Positions 1 through 9,225 of a DNA stretch of 64,000 bases are shown here, piece after piece. The translations under genes were made by a program, and so were the position numbers. A model generated the notes under the pieces. It did not search any database and was not told the origin of the DNA. It was given only the letters and a program-made list of their open reading frames with translations. This DNA comes from Bacteroidales bacterium (lineage in GTDB: Bacteria; Bacteroidota; Bacteroidia; Bacteroidales; UBA932): positions 77,475 to 141,474 of the forward strand of contig WRMN01000004.1 in assembly GCA_009777095.1 (NCBI GenBank), in the 5' to 3' direction. How positions within the stretch are numbered: the first letter of the stretch is position 1; each line of letters starts with the position of its first letter.

Positions 1-132
1 TTCCTAAATATTTCCAAGTAAGCGTAATAATAATTATTTCATTACTCCAACAAAAGTATGACAATATAGTGTTATTTTCGGAGTGAATTACGATTTTTCA
101 TTAAATGTAAACAGTTTCTAAGAAAAAATTTG

Positions 133-140
133 TATTTTTG
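133..140 (+). promoter_or_regulatory. Bacteroidota -7 promoter box TATTTTTG (TAnnTTTG)
   Basis: Exact match to TAnnTTTG, 17 nt upstream of the ATG at 157. Confidence 0.5.
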
Positions 141-156
141 CGTTTTATATATTAGT

Positions 157-2796
157 ATGAAGTATTGTATCTCTATATTTTCTTTGCTTATTGTTCTGGG
201 CTGTTCAACCAAAAACAATACATGGTCCACTCGCGCTTACCATAATGTTAACTCGGAATTTAACGTTAAATTCAACGGCTACGAAAGTTTTAAGGCCGGC
301 GTAAAAAAAGTAGAAACTTACCCTTCGCCCGATTACAATGAGTTGCAACCGGTTTTTGCATTCGCTTACGAAGGAGCGGCCTCGCAAATAAGCAGTGAAA
401 TGGAACGCACTATAGATAAATGTAATAAATTAGTTGCCAAACACTCCATCACCGCAAAGCCCAAGAAAAAAAGTGGCGTGCTTACGCAGAAAGAACGCGA
501 GTTTTACAATCAGCGGGAATTTAATGCCGTAGTACCTAAGGCTTATTTGCTATCCGGCAAAGCCAGCCTGTATTCACAAAACTACGCACAGGCTATCATT
601 ACTTTCGACTATATGTTGACGGAGTATCCCAAGGCCCGTGTTATTCCCGAAGTGAAAATCTGGTTGGCCATAGCCCTCACTTACGAAACGGATACAGACC
701 GTGTGTTGAAATTATTGCAGGAAGCCGGTGAGAACGAAAAATTATCAAAGGCAAATAAGGCTAACATTCATGCTGCTTATGCCAATTATTACATTAAACA
801 GCAGAATTTTAACCAGGCGGCCAACGAACTTGCCCTTGCCTTAAAATATGAACCCAAAAAAGCAAATAAAATACGTTATTATTTCATTTTAGCTAATCTT
901 AGCGAACGTGCAGGCAACACTAACGAGTCGCTGCAATATCTTCAGAAAGCGATTAAGGCAACCAACGATTATGAGCAGGAACTTGCTGCCCGCCTGTTAT
1001 TGGCCGGAACGGCCAATGAGGCTAATGTACAAGAGCTTAGGAATAATCTGAATAAACTGTTAAAAGACGAGCGAAACAGCGATTATGCCGACCGCATTTA
1101 TTTCGCCTTAGCTAAGGTGGAAAAGGTCGTGGGCAACGATACCGGCGCTATCAGGTATTTGGAATTAACCGTTCAGGCAGAGTCCGGAAATTTGCGGCAA
1201 ACCGGTTTGGCTTACGAAATGCTGGGTAATTATTATTATGACCGAAAACTGTATCCTCAAGCGTACGATAATCTTACAGAGGCGGCTTCTAATTTGGGAC
1301 CCAACTATTCGCGCTATCAGGAAATAAACGACAGGGCGCTTTCTTTGAAAAATTTAGCCACTAATTGGAAAATTGTGCACCGCGAAGACAGCTTGCAACG
1401 TATTGCCAAAATGACGCCTGCCGACCGCGACAGGCTCGTTGACGGCATTATTCAGCAAATTGTTGAAAAAGAACGGCAGGAAATGGCTGCCCAACAAGAA
1501 CGAATGGCTGCGGCTTACCGCATAGAACAAGACCGCTATAGAAGTACTACAAGCGGGACCAATAAATGGTATTTCTACAATATCAACTCGGTGAATTCAG
1601 GCCAGAGCGCTTTTACGGCGCGTTGGGGTAAACGCCGCTTGGAAGATAATTGGCGGCGTAAGGAAAAGAGCCTGTTGACAGCACTTATGCCTGAGGAAAC
1701 CCCATCGGATAGCGCGGCTACGGCAAGGGCTCAGATTTCCAATAAGTCGCGCGAGTATTATCTTCAGGATTTACCGCTAACGCCTGAACTCATGACGGCA
1801 TCGAACAACAAACTTCGTCCGGCCATGTTCAATCTGGGCGAGGCCTATATGAACGATGTACACCTGCCCAATGAAGCCATTAATACCTTTGAGCGCTTGG
1901 TAGAACGATTTCCTGTTGATAACGAATATTTGATACCTGCTTATTATTACCTGTACTCCTTATATACCGATAGCGGAAACCATAGCAAGGCTAATCAATA
2001 TAAACAATTATTAGTGCAGCAATATCCTCAGGCGCCCATTACCCAGCAATTAATAAACCCCAATTATTTAGCCGAGCAGCGGGCTACACAAGAGCAAATA
2101 GATAATATTTACAGCGAAGCTTTAGCAGCTTACAATGTCGGCCATTATAACGAAGCCCTTGCCTTAACCGCCCGCATCAATGCCCTGTATCCGCAAAATC
2201 TGATACAGCCGCAAATGTCCCTGTTGAATGCTTTCTGTATTGCTAAAACAGGAAGTATCGGAACTTATAAACAAGCGCTGACCGATATTATGTCGCTATA
2301 TCCATCGACAGACGTTGCGGCAACAGCTAAAGAACTGCTGGCTACCTTAGAAGAAAATGCGCTGAAATACGACTCGCCTACCACTCCTGTAACTACAGAA
2401 GCAACAGTAACAGCGCCTATTACATCGAACTTTACTTTAAGCGAAGGCAGGCATTATTTCGCCCTGCTGTTTAGCGATAAGGGCAGCAGCAATGAATTGA
2501 TGTTTATACTTGAATCATACAATGCAGAATATTTCTTGGAAGAAAACTATGAAATAAGCATTAGCGATATCACTAACAACTATGCCATACTATTAGTTAA
2601 AGACTTCCGAACTCGGCAAGCAGCCATGAATTACGCCAACAAGATATATAATGATAATGCGCTTAATCAATTCAGTCCTGTAAATTTCAGACCGTTATTG
2701 ATTACGCCTGAAAATTATGACTTGTTGATTAAGGAAATGAATGTGATAGACTATATCGAATTCTTCAACACCCAATATGGAATCCTTGGTAATTAA
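157..2796 (+). CDS. TPR-repeat lipoprotein, probable T9SS/gliding component of the PorW/SprE family
   Basis: ORF 130..2796 starts at TTG. ATG at 157 gives a lipoprotein signal MKYCISIFSLLIVLGCS. The N-terminal CSTKNNTWSTRAYHNV..FNVKFNG signature resembles SprE/PorW. TPR-like helical repeats; ~880 aa. Confidence 0.6.
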   Translation: MKYCISIFSLLIVLGCSTKNNTWSTRAYHNVNSEFNVKFNGYESFKAGVKKVETYPSPDYNELQPVFAFAYEGAASQISSEMERTIDKCNKLVAKHSITAKPKKKSGVLTQKEREFYNQREFNAVVPKAYLLSGKASLYSQNYAQAIITFDYMLTEYPKARVIPEVKIWLAIALTYETDTDRVLKLLQEAGENEKLSKANKANIHAAYANYYIKQQNFNQAANELALALKYEPKKANKIRYYFILANLSERAGNTNESLQYLQKAIKATNDYEQELAARLLLAGTANEANVQELRNNLNKLLKDERNSDYADRIYFALAKVEKVVGNDTGAIRYLELTVQAESGNLRQTGLAYEMLGNYYYDRKLYPQAYDNLTEAASNLGPNYSRYQEINDRALSLKNLATNWKIVHREDSLQRIAKMTPADRDRLVDGIIQQIVEKERQEMAAQQERMAAAYRIEQDRYRSTTSGTNKWYFYNINSVNSGQSAFTARWGKRRLEDNWRRKEKSLLTALMPEETPSDSAATARAQISNKSREYYLQDLPLTPELMTASNNKLRPAMFNLGEAYMNDVHLPNEAINTFERLVERFPVDNEYLIPAYYYLYSLYTDSGNHSKANQYKQLLVQQYPQAPITQQLINPNYLAEQRATQEQIDNIYSEALAAYNVGHYNEALALTARINALYPQNLIQPQMSLLNAFCIAKTGSIGTYKQALTDIMSLYPSTDVAATAKELLATLEENALKYDSPTTPVTTEATVTAPITSNFTLSEGRHYFALLFSDKGSSNELMFILESYNAEYFLEENYEISISDITNNYAILLVKDFRTRQAAMNYANKIYNDNALNQFSPVNFRPLLITPENYDLLIKEMNVIDYIEFFNTQYGILGN

Positions 2797-3193
2797 CAGG
2801 CTGGAGGAATTGCCTGCTGTAGCCCGACGCTTATTGCCGCTTATTTCCCGACATAATGTTGTTGCTTTCTATGGCGCTATGGGCGCAGGAAAAACCACCC
2901 TCGTCAAAGCCCTGTGCGAGGCCATGGGCGTTAGCAATATGGTCAACAGTCCTACTTTTGCTTTAGTAAACGAATACCGTTTGCCAAGCGGCGAACCTGT
3001 TTACCATTTCGATTTCTACCGCATCAATAAAATGGAAGAAGTGTTTGATATGGGCTATGAAGACTATTTCTACAGCGGACACCTGTGCTTAATTGAATGG
3101 CCTGAATTAATAGAAGCGCTGCTTCCCGAACAGACCCTCCGCCTGCGCATTGAGGCGGGCGAGAATGGGCAGCGGATAGTGAGCTGTGAATGA
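2777..3193 (+). CDS. tsaE: tRNA threonylcarbamoyladenosine biosynthesis ATPase TsaE
   Basis: Walker A FYGAMGAGKTTLVK, then SPTFALVNEY and IEWPE motifs typical of TsaE/YjeE. 138 aa. Overlaps the upstream gene by 20 nt. Confidence 0.9.
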   Translation: MESLVINRLEELPAVARRLLPLISRHNVVAFYGAMGAGKTTLVKALCEAMGVSNMVNSPTFALVNEYRLPSGEPVYHFDFYRINKMEEVFDMGYEDYFYSGHLCLIEWPELIEALLPEQTLRLRIEAGENGQRIVSCE

Positions 3194-3287
3194 TGGAACA
3201 AGCGCGCGCGGTGGCATAGGTAGATTTTAGTGTTAGGCGTCATGCGGCTTAAGCGGGTAAACATAAACAATTTTAAAATAAAAGAAT

Positions 3288-4043
3288 ATGACAATTAAAA
3301 AACCTAATTTTATCAAGAGTGTCTCAAGTTTTGTAGGTTATATTGAACGCTTTAAAGAATTAAATGAGCAAAGTGGAAAAAAAGCAGAATTGCTTTTTCG
3401 AGGACAGGGTGTTGATAAGCCATTATTACCAAAAATCGGAAGACTTAACTTGAGAATTGAGACCGATATTATAAAAACCGAAAAATTAATGCTCGAAGAA
3501 TTTAGAAGAGGTATTCTTCCATTAACAGAATTTAAACCTGAAAATAACTGGGATTTATTGGCATTGGCACAGCACCACGGATTACCAACAAGGCTTTTGG
3601 ATTGGTCTTATAGTGCATTAATTGCATTGTGGTTTGCAGTAGATAGTCCTCCACAAAAAGATGAATGCGGAAACCTCGAAAATGGGGTACTATGGATCTT
3701 AAATGCTGATGTTGATGATTTTAGAACGGATACAACAACGGCAGACCCATTGGATAATAGCATAACTAAAATCTTTCGATCAGCAGTCGTGAGTAGAAGA
3801 ATTTCGGCACAAGCAGGAGTATTTACCGTTCACAAAATACTTAAAGAAAATCAAATGGTTAGATTTGAAACGAACAAGAACTACAAATCTAAGTTGATAA
3901 AACTTTTGATAAAAGGGAAGGATTTTGCTAAAATCAGAAAACAACTTTCAATGTTGGGAATAAATTATGCGACAATATTTCCAGACATTGATGGATTTTG
4001 CAGAAATTTAGAATGGAGGTTTGCCAAACATTCAGACGAATAA
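3288..4043 (+). CDS. FRG-domain protein
   Basis: LFRGQ motif followed by AQHHGLPTRLLDWSYSALIALWFA and RISAQAGVFTV, the conserved blocks of the FRG domain. AT-rich. Confidence 0.8.
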   Translation: MTIKKPNFIKSVSSFVGYIERFKELNEQSGKKAELLFRGQGVDKPLLPKIGRLNLRIETDIIKTEKLMLEEFRRGILPLTEFKPENNWDLLALAQHHGLPTRLLDWSYSALIALWFAVDSPPQKDECGNLENGVLWILNADVDDFRTDTTTADPLDNSITKIFRSAVVSRRISAQAGVFTVHKILKENQMVRFETNKNYKSKLIKLLIKGKDFAKIRKQLSMLGINYATIFPDIDGFCRNLEWRFAKHSDE

Positions 4044-4103
4044 AAAGCACGAACGCCTAACAAGCAGTTTTACGAAATATAAACAAATTTTTACACGATA
4101 AAA

Positions 4104-4700
4104 ATGAGATTTGCCAGAATCACAATTCTTTGCTTGGGGACTTTTTTTCCCTATATTGGTTTGGCTCAAACCGGACAAAATAATCAAACGACTGACATAA
4201 ACGTAGTTTATGGACAGAGACATATTTTCACAATCGAAACGCCAATTGGTTGGATTAACGATAAAGTGAATGCACAAAAGATTGGGCTTGTCAATTTCTT
4301 CTATGCAATGACAAATACCTCTTTAATCCAGAAAAGTTACATGTATGTGCTTGGAATTGATAAAGAGAGCAATAAAAAAACATTGCAAGATTTTATTAGC
4401 GGTGACTTACAGACCTATCGCAAAAAATATCCTGACTTCAAATACGAAATAGTAGAAGTTGAATTTAATGGAGGCGTTAAGAATGGGAAATTATACTCAT
4501 TTTCTAACTTGAAAGATAGATATAAGGAAGAAGTTCTTTATGCAGAGACAGAAACAGCAATAATTGTTTTCACATTTTCCGCCACTACCTCAAAGGATTA
4601 CGAAAATTATCAATCAGTGTTTGACACTTTTATTCTGTCATTCAATTATCGCGGTGACAATCCTAAACCGTTTTTGGATTACATGAAAACCCGACAATAA
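4104..4700 (+). CDS. hypothetical secreted protein
   Basis: 198-aa ORF with an N-terminal signal peptide MRFARITILCLGTFFPYIGLAQ. No recognisable domain. Confidence 0.55.
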   Translation: MRFARITILCLGTFFPYIGLAQTGQNNQTTDINVVYGQRHIFTIETPIGWINDKVNAQKIGLVNFFYAMTNTSLIQKSYMYVLGIDKESNKKTLQDFISGDLQTYRKKYPDFKYEIVEVEFNGGVKNGKLYSFSNLKDRYKEEVLYAETETAIIVFTFSATTSKDYENYQSVFDTFILSFNYRGDNPKPFLDYMKTRQ

Positions 4701-4790
4701 AGTGGAACCGACAAAGAGAACACTCTCGGAAGAATGCCGAACGCGCAAGTGGAGGAGAGCGCAACAAAATGAAAATTGAAGTAAAAAAAT

Positions 4791-5399
4791 ATGTGTAAAA
4801 AAATGGAAGAAAAAAGTGGACTTGATAAACTTATTGAAAATCTTGCAGAATTAGGGTTATATCCTGATGTTTATGTAGAAAATAAAGGCGCATTTTTCCC
4901 ACGCCATAATAGATTTGCAAGTAGTACTACTGTTACAGTATTATTGTCGGACGCAACATATTTTTTAGCCCGATCTAATGTGTCTTCCTCATTCACAGGA
5001 ATATATTCTTCGATAGAACTTCCAGTAGAAGCAGAATATAAGGTACATAAAAGAGATTGGTTTGATTTTCTATTTTTTTCCAAAAAACAAAAAGTTGGAA
5101 TTAAGTACATAGATAAGAATTTAACCATTGCTTCTCCTAAATGGATACCCTCAAAAGAGTTAAATTTGGAAAATGCTAATTTGTTTTTAGAAATAAATAA
5201 AGCAGGGAAACCATATAAGTTGGTTGTGGAAAACAACTATTTATTTTCAATAATAGAGCCATTAATTGACAAAAAAATTATAGGAGTAGAAACCAATGAC
5301 TGGTTGTATGAGAAAGAAGATCTGGAAAATTTATTAAAAATTGGAGGAGAGTTGATTAGAAAAATAAAAAAGAATACAAATAAAAATTTCGAGATATGA
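4791..5399 (+). CDS. hypothetical protein, translationally coupled to the downstream channel gene
   Basis: 202-aa ORF. Its stop overlaps the next ATG (ATGA at 5396-5399). No recognisable domain. The start could be the internal Met at 4803. Confidence 0.5.
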   Translation: MCKKMEEKSGLDKLIENLAELGLYPDVYVENKGAFFPRHNRFASSTTVTVLLSDATYFLARSNVSSSFTGIYSSIELPVEAEYKVHKRDWFDFLFFSKKQKVGIKYIDKNLTIASPKWIPSKELNLENANLFLEINKAGKPYKLVVENNYLFSIIEPLIDKKIIGVETNDWLYEKEDLENLLKIGGELIRKIKKNTNKNFEI

Positions 5400-6214
5400 A
5401 GACAAAAGAAATATTTTCATGGTTAAAGTTTATAAAAAAAGTAAAGATAGGATTGCTTTTAATTTTATTGATGCTTTGTTATCTTTTGGTAAATCTTATC
5501 TTTTCAGCAGGATATTATAGTCTATGTGAGTTCAATGAAGAAATGACTTTCTTTGATTGTTTCTATTTTTCCAATGTTACCTCATTTTCTCTTGGGTATG
5601 GAGATTTTGTTCCTGTTAACGTATTTGGAAAAGTACTTGTCATTTTACATATGATTATAACCTCTCTGCTTTTTGCTTTACTAATTGCCGTTTTGACTGT
5701 CAAGATATTTCATCCCGATGATACCATTGTTTTTTCAAAAAATATATTTTTTGATAAGAAAAATCAAAAAATTGGCTTTAGATTACTGAATATTCATAGT
5801 GTACCACTGATTAACCCTGAAATTAGAGTTCATTACTCAGAACATTGTGTCGGAAATGTAATGGCTAAAGTTACTATTTTAAAGGTGCAGGAACAATTAA
5901 TAGGTTTTTTTGGAAGACATGATCATATTTGTAATGTTGATGTTAATGATGATTTTTTAACTGATTTAGAAGATGCTATTTTATTTGATAATGATAAGTT
6001 AAACAAGGTGAAAAGCCGGTTTCGAGTTGCTGTTGCCATATCCGGGCAGAACGGAATTCAAGAAATAGTACAAATAAAAAGGTATTATGCAAAAGATTTT
6101 AAAGAGGGGAAAAGTTTTAAACAGATTCAATACAATGAAGAAGACCGAAAAAGTAGAATTAATTATTCAAAATTTGGTAATTTTGAAGATGATTTTGAAA
6201 ATATCATAGAGTAA
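5396..6214 (+). CDS. KirBac-like inward-rectifier-type potassium channel (2TM pore plus cytoplasmic Kir-type C-terminal domain)
   Basis: Two hydrophobic helices flank a pore segment FYFSNVTSFSLGYGD (GYGD selectivity filter). The post-TM2 segment KIFHPDDTIVFSKNIFFDKKNQKIGFRLLNIHSVPLINPEIRV parallels KirBac1.1 ARFARPRAKIMFARHAIVRPFNGRMTLMVRAANARQNVIAEARA. The C-terminal RINYSKFGNFED parallels HIDYTRFNDTEP. Confidence 0.7.
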   Translation: MKTKEIFSWLKFIKKVKIGLLLILLMLCYLLVNLIFSAGYYSLCEFNEEMTFFDCFYFSNVTSFSLGYGDFVPVNVFGKVLVILHMIITSLLFALLIAVLTVKIFHPDDTIVFSKNIFFDKKNQKIGFRLLNIHSVPLINPEIRVHYSEHCVGNVMAKVTILKVQEQLIGFFGRHDHICNVDVNDDFLTDLEDAILFDNDKLNKVKSRFRVAVAISGQNGIQEIVQIKRYYAKDFKEGKSFKQIQYNEEDRKSRINYSKFGNFEDDFENIIE

Positions 6215-6260
6215 TGAATTTGCATGCAATGAAAAACAAGATTGAAAATCTACATTATCT

Positions 6261-7772
6261 TCACGACAAATGTTCAATAATATCCGAGGCAATCAGGGCC
6301 GATTGGCCTTTTCGTTCAGCTGCCTTGTCGCCGGCGCAACCGTGCAGGCACACTCCGATAATAGCCGCGGCTAAAGGTTCATAGCCTTGCGCCAACAACG
6401 AGGTGATGATACCGGTAAGCACATCGCCGCTGCCGGCAGTGGCCATGCCGGGATTTCCGGTGGTATTAAAACAAACATCGCCGTCGGGTGCGCACACAGC
6501 CGTATGAGCGCCCTTTAAGACTACTATCGCCTTATGTTGCACGGCAAAGGATTGCGCTGCCTGCAAACGGTCCATGCTACTGGCGTAGCTGTGTCCCGAC
6601 AAGCGTTCAAACTCTTTCACATGCGGAGTTAGAATGGTGTTTTCGGGTAAGAGCCTCAACATTTCCGATTCCGAGGCTAAGATATTTAAAGCATCGGCGT
6701 CAAGCGCTAAGGGAACCGTGCCGATGTGTTTCAGCAAGGAGTGCAAGGCTTCACGAGCGGCCGACTGTGTTCCTATTCCCGGCCCCACCCCTGCCGCATC
6801 ATAAGTTGACAGGTTTTTCGGAAAAGAGCTAATAATTTCCTGTCCGTCATCAACACTTACCATAGCTTCCGGACAGGCTATTTGCAGTACTTCAACCCCT
6901 TTCTGCGGAACATGCACCGTCAGCAAGCCGGCACCCGCGCGTAGACAGGCGCGGGCAGACAACACTGCCGCTCCCATCTTGCCGTAGCTTCCGGCCATGA
7001 GCAGGGCATGTCCAAAATCGCCCTTGTGGGCGAACTTTCGGCGTTTTCTCAATAATGCGGCAAGCGCTTCTTCCGTAATGTAACGCCAAGGCGTAGCTGT
7101 CTGTGTAATATAAGCGTCCGCTATTCCTATGGGCAAGACATGAAAATCTTCCATAAACGCTTCCGACTCCGGAAACATAAACGACAATTTTGGAAACTGG
7201 AACGACAATACATGCTTAGCCTTTAGTATGGCGGCATCTTTGCAAGGCAGCGTATCGGCAAACATTCCCGAAGGAATATCAATAGCAATCGTCGGTATAT
7301 TCAAAGCATTAATTGTGGTAATCACCTCTTTTAACCAACCGCTCGCCGGAGCCGAGAGGCCGGAGCCGAGCATAGCGTCGATGAACCAATCGGCAGGCCG
7401 CCGCAGTTGAAATACGCTGTCGGGCGCCAATTCGTGGATAGCGACTTCGGCGCACTGCTGCAAACGGTGAAGATTCTCCAAAAAATCGGACGTACAACGC
7501 TCCGAGAAGCGCAGGATATAAACATCAACTCCTTTCACTTCCCGCTTTTGGGAAAGCATTCGGGCAATAGCCAAGCCGTCGCCGCCATTATTCCCTGTTC
7601 CGCAGGCAATAGCAAAGTGTTTATCGAAACCCGAATGCTCGCCTATCCACTGCACACAGGCAGCGGCCGCACGCTCCATCAGGTCAATAGAAGCAATCCC
7701 CTCGCGGTTTATGGTGTAAGCATCGGCCTCGCGGATTTGCGCCACAGAGAATATTTTATTGTTGCTTAGCAT
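6261..7772 (-). CDS. nnr: bifunctional NAD(P)H-hydrate repair enzyme (epimerase / ADP-dependent dehydratase)
   Basis: YjeF N- and C-terminal halves: GTGNNGGDGL, KGDFGHALLMAGS, GAGDVLTGII-like GSGDVLTGII. The likely start MLSNNKIF at 7772 lies just downstream of a -7 box. The ORF track extends to 7805. Confidence 0.85.
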   Translation of the reverse strand: MLSNNKIFSVAQIREADAYTINREGIASIDLMERAAAACVQWIGEHSGFDKHFAIACGTGNNGGDGLAIARMLSQKREVKGVDVYILRFSERCTSDFLENLHRLQQCAEVAIHELAPDSVFQLRRPADWFIDAMLGSGLSAPASGWLKEVITTINALNIPTIAIDIPSGMFADTLPCKDAAILKAKHVLSFQFPKLSFMFPESEAFMEDFHVLPIGIADAYITQTATPWRYITEEALAALLRKRRKFAHKGDFGHALLMAGSYGKMGAAVLSARACLRAGAGLLTVHVPQKGVEVLQIACPEAMVSVDDGQEIISSFPKNLSTYDAAGVGPGIGTQSAAREALHSLLKHIGTVPLALDADALNILASESEMLRLLPENTILTPHVKEFERLSGHSYASSMDRLQAAQSFAVQHKAIVVLKGAHTAVCAPDGDVCFNTTGNPGMATAGSGDVLTGIITSLLAQGYEPLAAAIIGVCLHGCAGDKAAERKGQSALIASDIIEHLS

Positions 7773-7776
7773 AAGG

Positions 7777-7784
7777 CAAAGATA
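7777..7784 (-). promoter_or_regulatory. -7 box TATCTTTG for nnr
   Basis: The reverse strand reads TATCTTTG-CCTT-ATG. This implies a leaderless or near-leaderless mRNA. Confidence 0.45.
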
Positions 7785-7936
7785 GGAAAAAATTAGGAAA
7801 TACAATGCCTCGTTTATTATTAGACTGTTTTTTGATGCAAAGGTTTAATGTCGTCGTCGAGAATACCATACCGAGAATAAAATGCTCCTCGAAAATTAAA
7901 AAAACGAAAAATCATTTGTTATTCACTAAAAAATTG

Positions 7937-7944
7937 TATTTTTG
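7937..7944 (+). promoter_or_regulatory. -7 box TATTTTTG upstream of the antitoxin/PIN pair
   Basis: Exact TAnnTTTG, 24 nt before the ATG at 7968. Confidence 0.5.
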
Positions 7945-7967
7945 CACTCAAATAAAAATAGATTATC

Positions 7968-8219
7968 ATGCAGACATATCAAATAGATACCTCAATTTCG
8001 GAAGGGGGAGTAATCAATCTTCCCGAAATGCCGTATTTGCATAACAAAAAAGTGAAGTTGATAATTATCTCATCCGAAGATAACTCAACGAAATTTGAGC
8101 AACGTAAACGAGCAATGGAACGACTGCTAAAAAGACAGAACAGTATGCCCATTTCTCATTGGACTGACCAAGAATTAGATAATATCAGATACGAATCTTT
8201 GAAAGAAAAGCATCAATGA
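7968..8219 (+). CDS. putative antitoxin of a PIN-type toxin-antitoxin pair
   Basis: 83-aa ORF directly upstream of the PIN gene, overlapping it by 4 nt (ATGA at 8216). Small and charged. The family is not recognised. Confidence 0.55.
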   Translation: MQTYQIDTSISEGGVINLPEMPYLHNKKVKLIIISSEDNSTKFEQRKRAMERLLKRQNSMPISHWTDQELDNIRYESLKEKHQ

Positions 8220-8635
8220 AAAGAGTATTGTTGGACTCCAATGTTATTCTCGACTTTCTTTTAAGACGGGAACCCAATTACGTAGATGCCCAAGATATTA
8301 TAAAAGAAATAGTTAATGGAAATGTAGAAGGATACATCACTGCGTCAATGGCTACCGATGTCTTTTATTTGCTGCAAAAGACAAATGGAAAAGCATTTGC
8401 ATTGAATTCCCTTGACGATTTATTAATTATTCTTGACGTATTGACCGTTTACAGAGATGATGTTTATTCCGCACTCTATTCGGGTTGGGATGATTTTGAG
8501 GATGCACTTCAGGCTCATGTTGCTGTTCGTAGCGGTATGGATATGATTGTTACTAGAAATATCAATGATTACAAAAGAGCAAAAGATATAGATATTGTCT
8601 TACCGAATGATTTTTATCAATATTTAGAAGATTAG
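8216..8635 (+). CDS. PIN-domain ribonuclease toxin (VapC-like)
   Basis: N-terminal LLDSNVILDFLL with a conserved Asp, internal acidic residues, ~139 aa. Typical VapC architecture and coupling to a small upstream gene. Confidence 0.75.
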   Translation: MKRVLLDSNVILDFLLRREPNYVDAQDIIKEIVNGNVEGYITASMATDVFYLLQKTNGKAFALNSLDDLLIILDVLTVYRDDVYSALYSGWDDFEDALQAHVAVRSGMDMIVTRNINDYKRAKDIDIVLPNDFYQYLED

Positions 8636-8639
8636 AGGA

Positions 8640-9071
8640 ATGAATAGGACAAAATACATTGATATCCAAATGACCGACGATGAACAATTAATTGCGTACT
8701 GCGGTCTTTATTGTAAATTCTGTCCTGCATTTATTTCAGGTAAATGCGATGGCTGCAGGAGTAATTCGGCAAAGTCTGCCGTTGTATATAAAGCCTGTCA
8801 GGTAAAACCTTGCTGTGTCGAACATGGATTTTTTACTTGCGCCGACTGTACAATATACGCTTCAACAAAAGAGTGTAAAAAGTACAATCCTCTGTTACTC
8901 AAGATAGCCTCGTGGGTTGAGAGCAGCGACCGCAGTAAAGCAATCGAAATGATTAAAACAAAAGGTCGAGCCGAATTTGCGGCATTTATGAAAGACAAAC
9001 ATTGGGTCTGTTTTAAAACCAAAGATTCTTTTTTTAATAAAAAGTATGGCAAAAAAGTGAATGAAAAATAG
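8640..9071 (+). CDS. cysteine-rich DUF3795-like protein
   Basis: YCGLYCKFCPAFISGKCDGCRS..KPCCVEHGFFTCADC cysteine pattern typical of DUF3795. 143 aa. Confidence 0.55.
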   Translation: MNRTKYIDIQMTDDEQLIAYCGLYCKFCPAFISGKCDGCRSNSAKSAVVYKACQVKPCCVEHGFFTCADCTIYASTKECKKYNPLLLKIASWVESSDRSKAIEMIKTKGRAEFAAFMKDKHWVCFKTKDSFFNKKYGKKVNEK

Positions 9072-9225
9072 CGATGTTATGAATGAAAAACCATTAGTGG
9101 ATAAGATAAAGAAACAGGCAGGCAATGAATAAAAGCACATGTTCTGCTGCTCGGACGTTGTAGATAATTCGGGTAGTGCGGTGCGAACACGAAAGAGAAA
9201 TTTATAAATTTAAAAACAGAGAAAT

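Noticed and set aside
130-156. N-terminal extensions in the ORF track: 130, 7805, 11122, 12094, 19037, 26048, 37756 and 52278.
   Set aside because: Each extension precedes a better start. The better starts have a signal peptide or conserved N-terminus directly after an internal ATG, often just downstream of a -7 box. Several extensions would also overlap neighbouring genes or promoters. The coordinates were trimmed accordingly.
7407-7769. 120-aa forward ORF and several other ORFs overlapping nnr.
   Set aside because: Antisense or shadow frames of a GC-rich gene.
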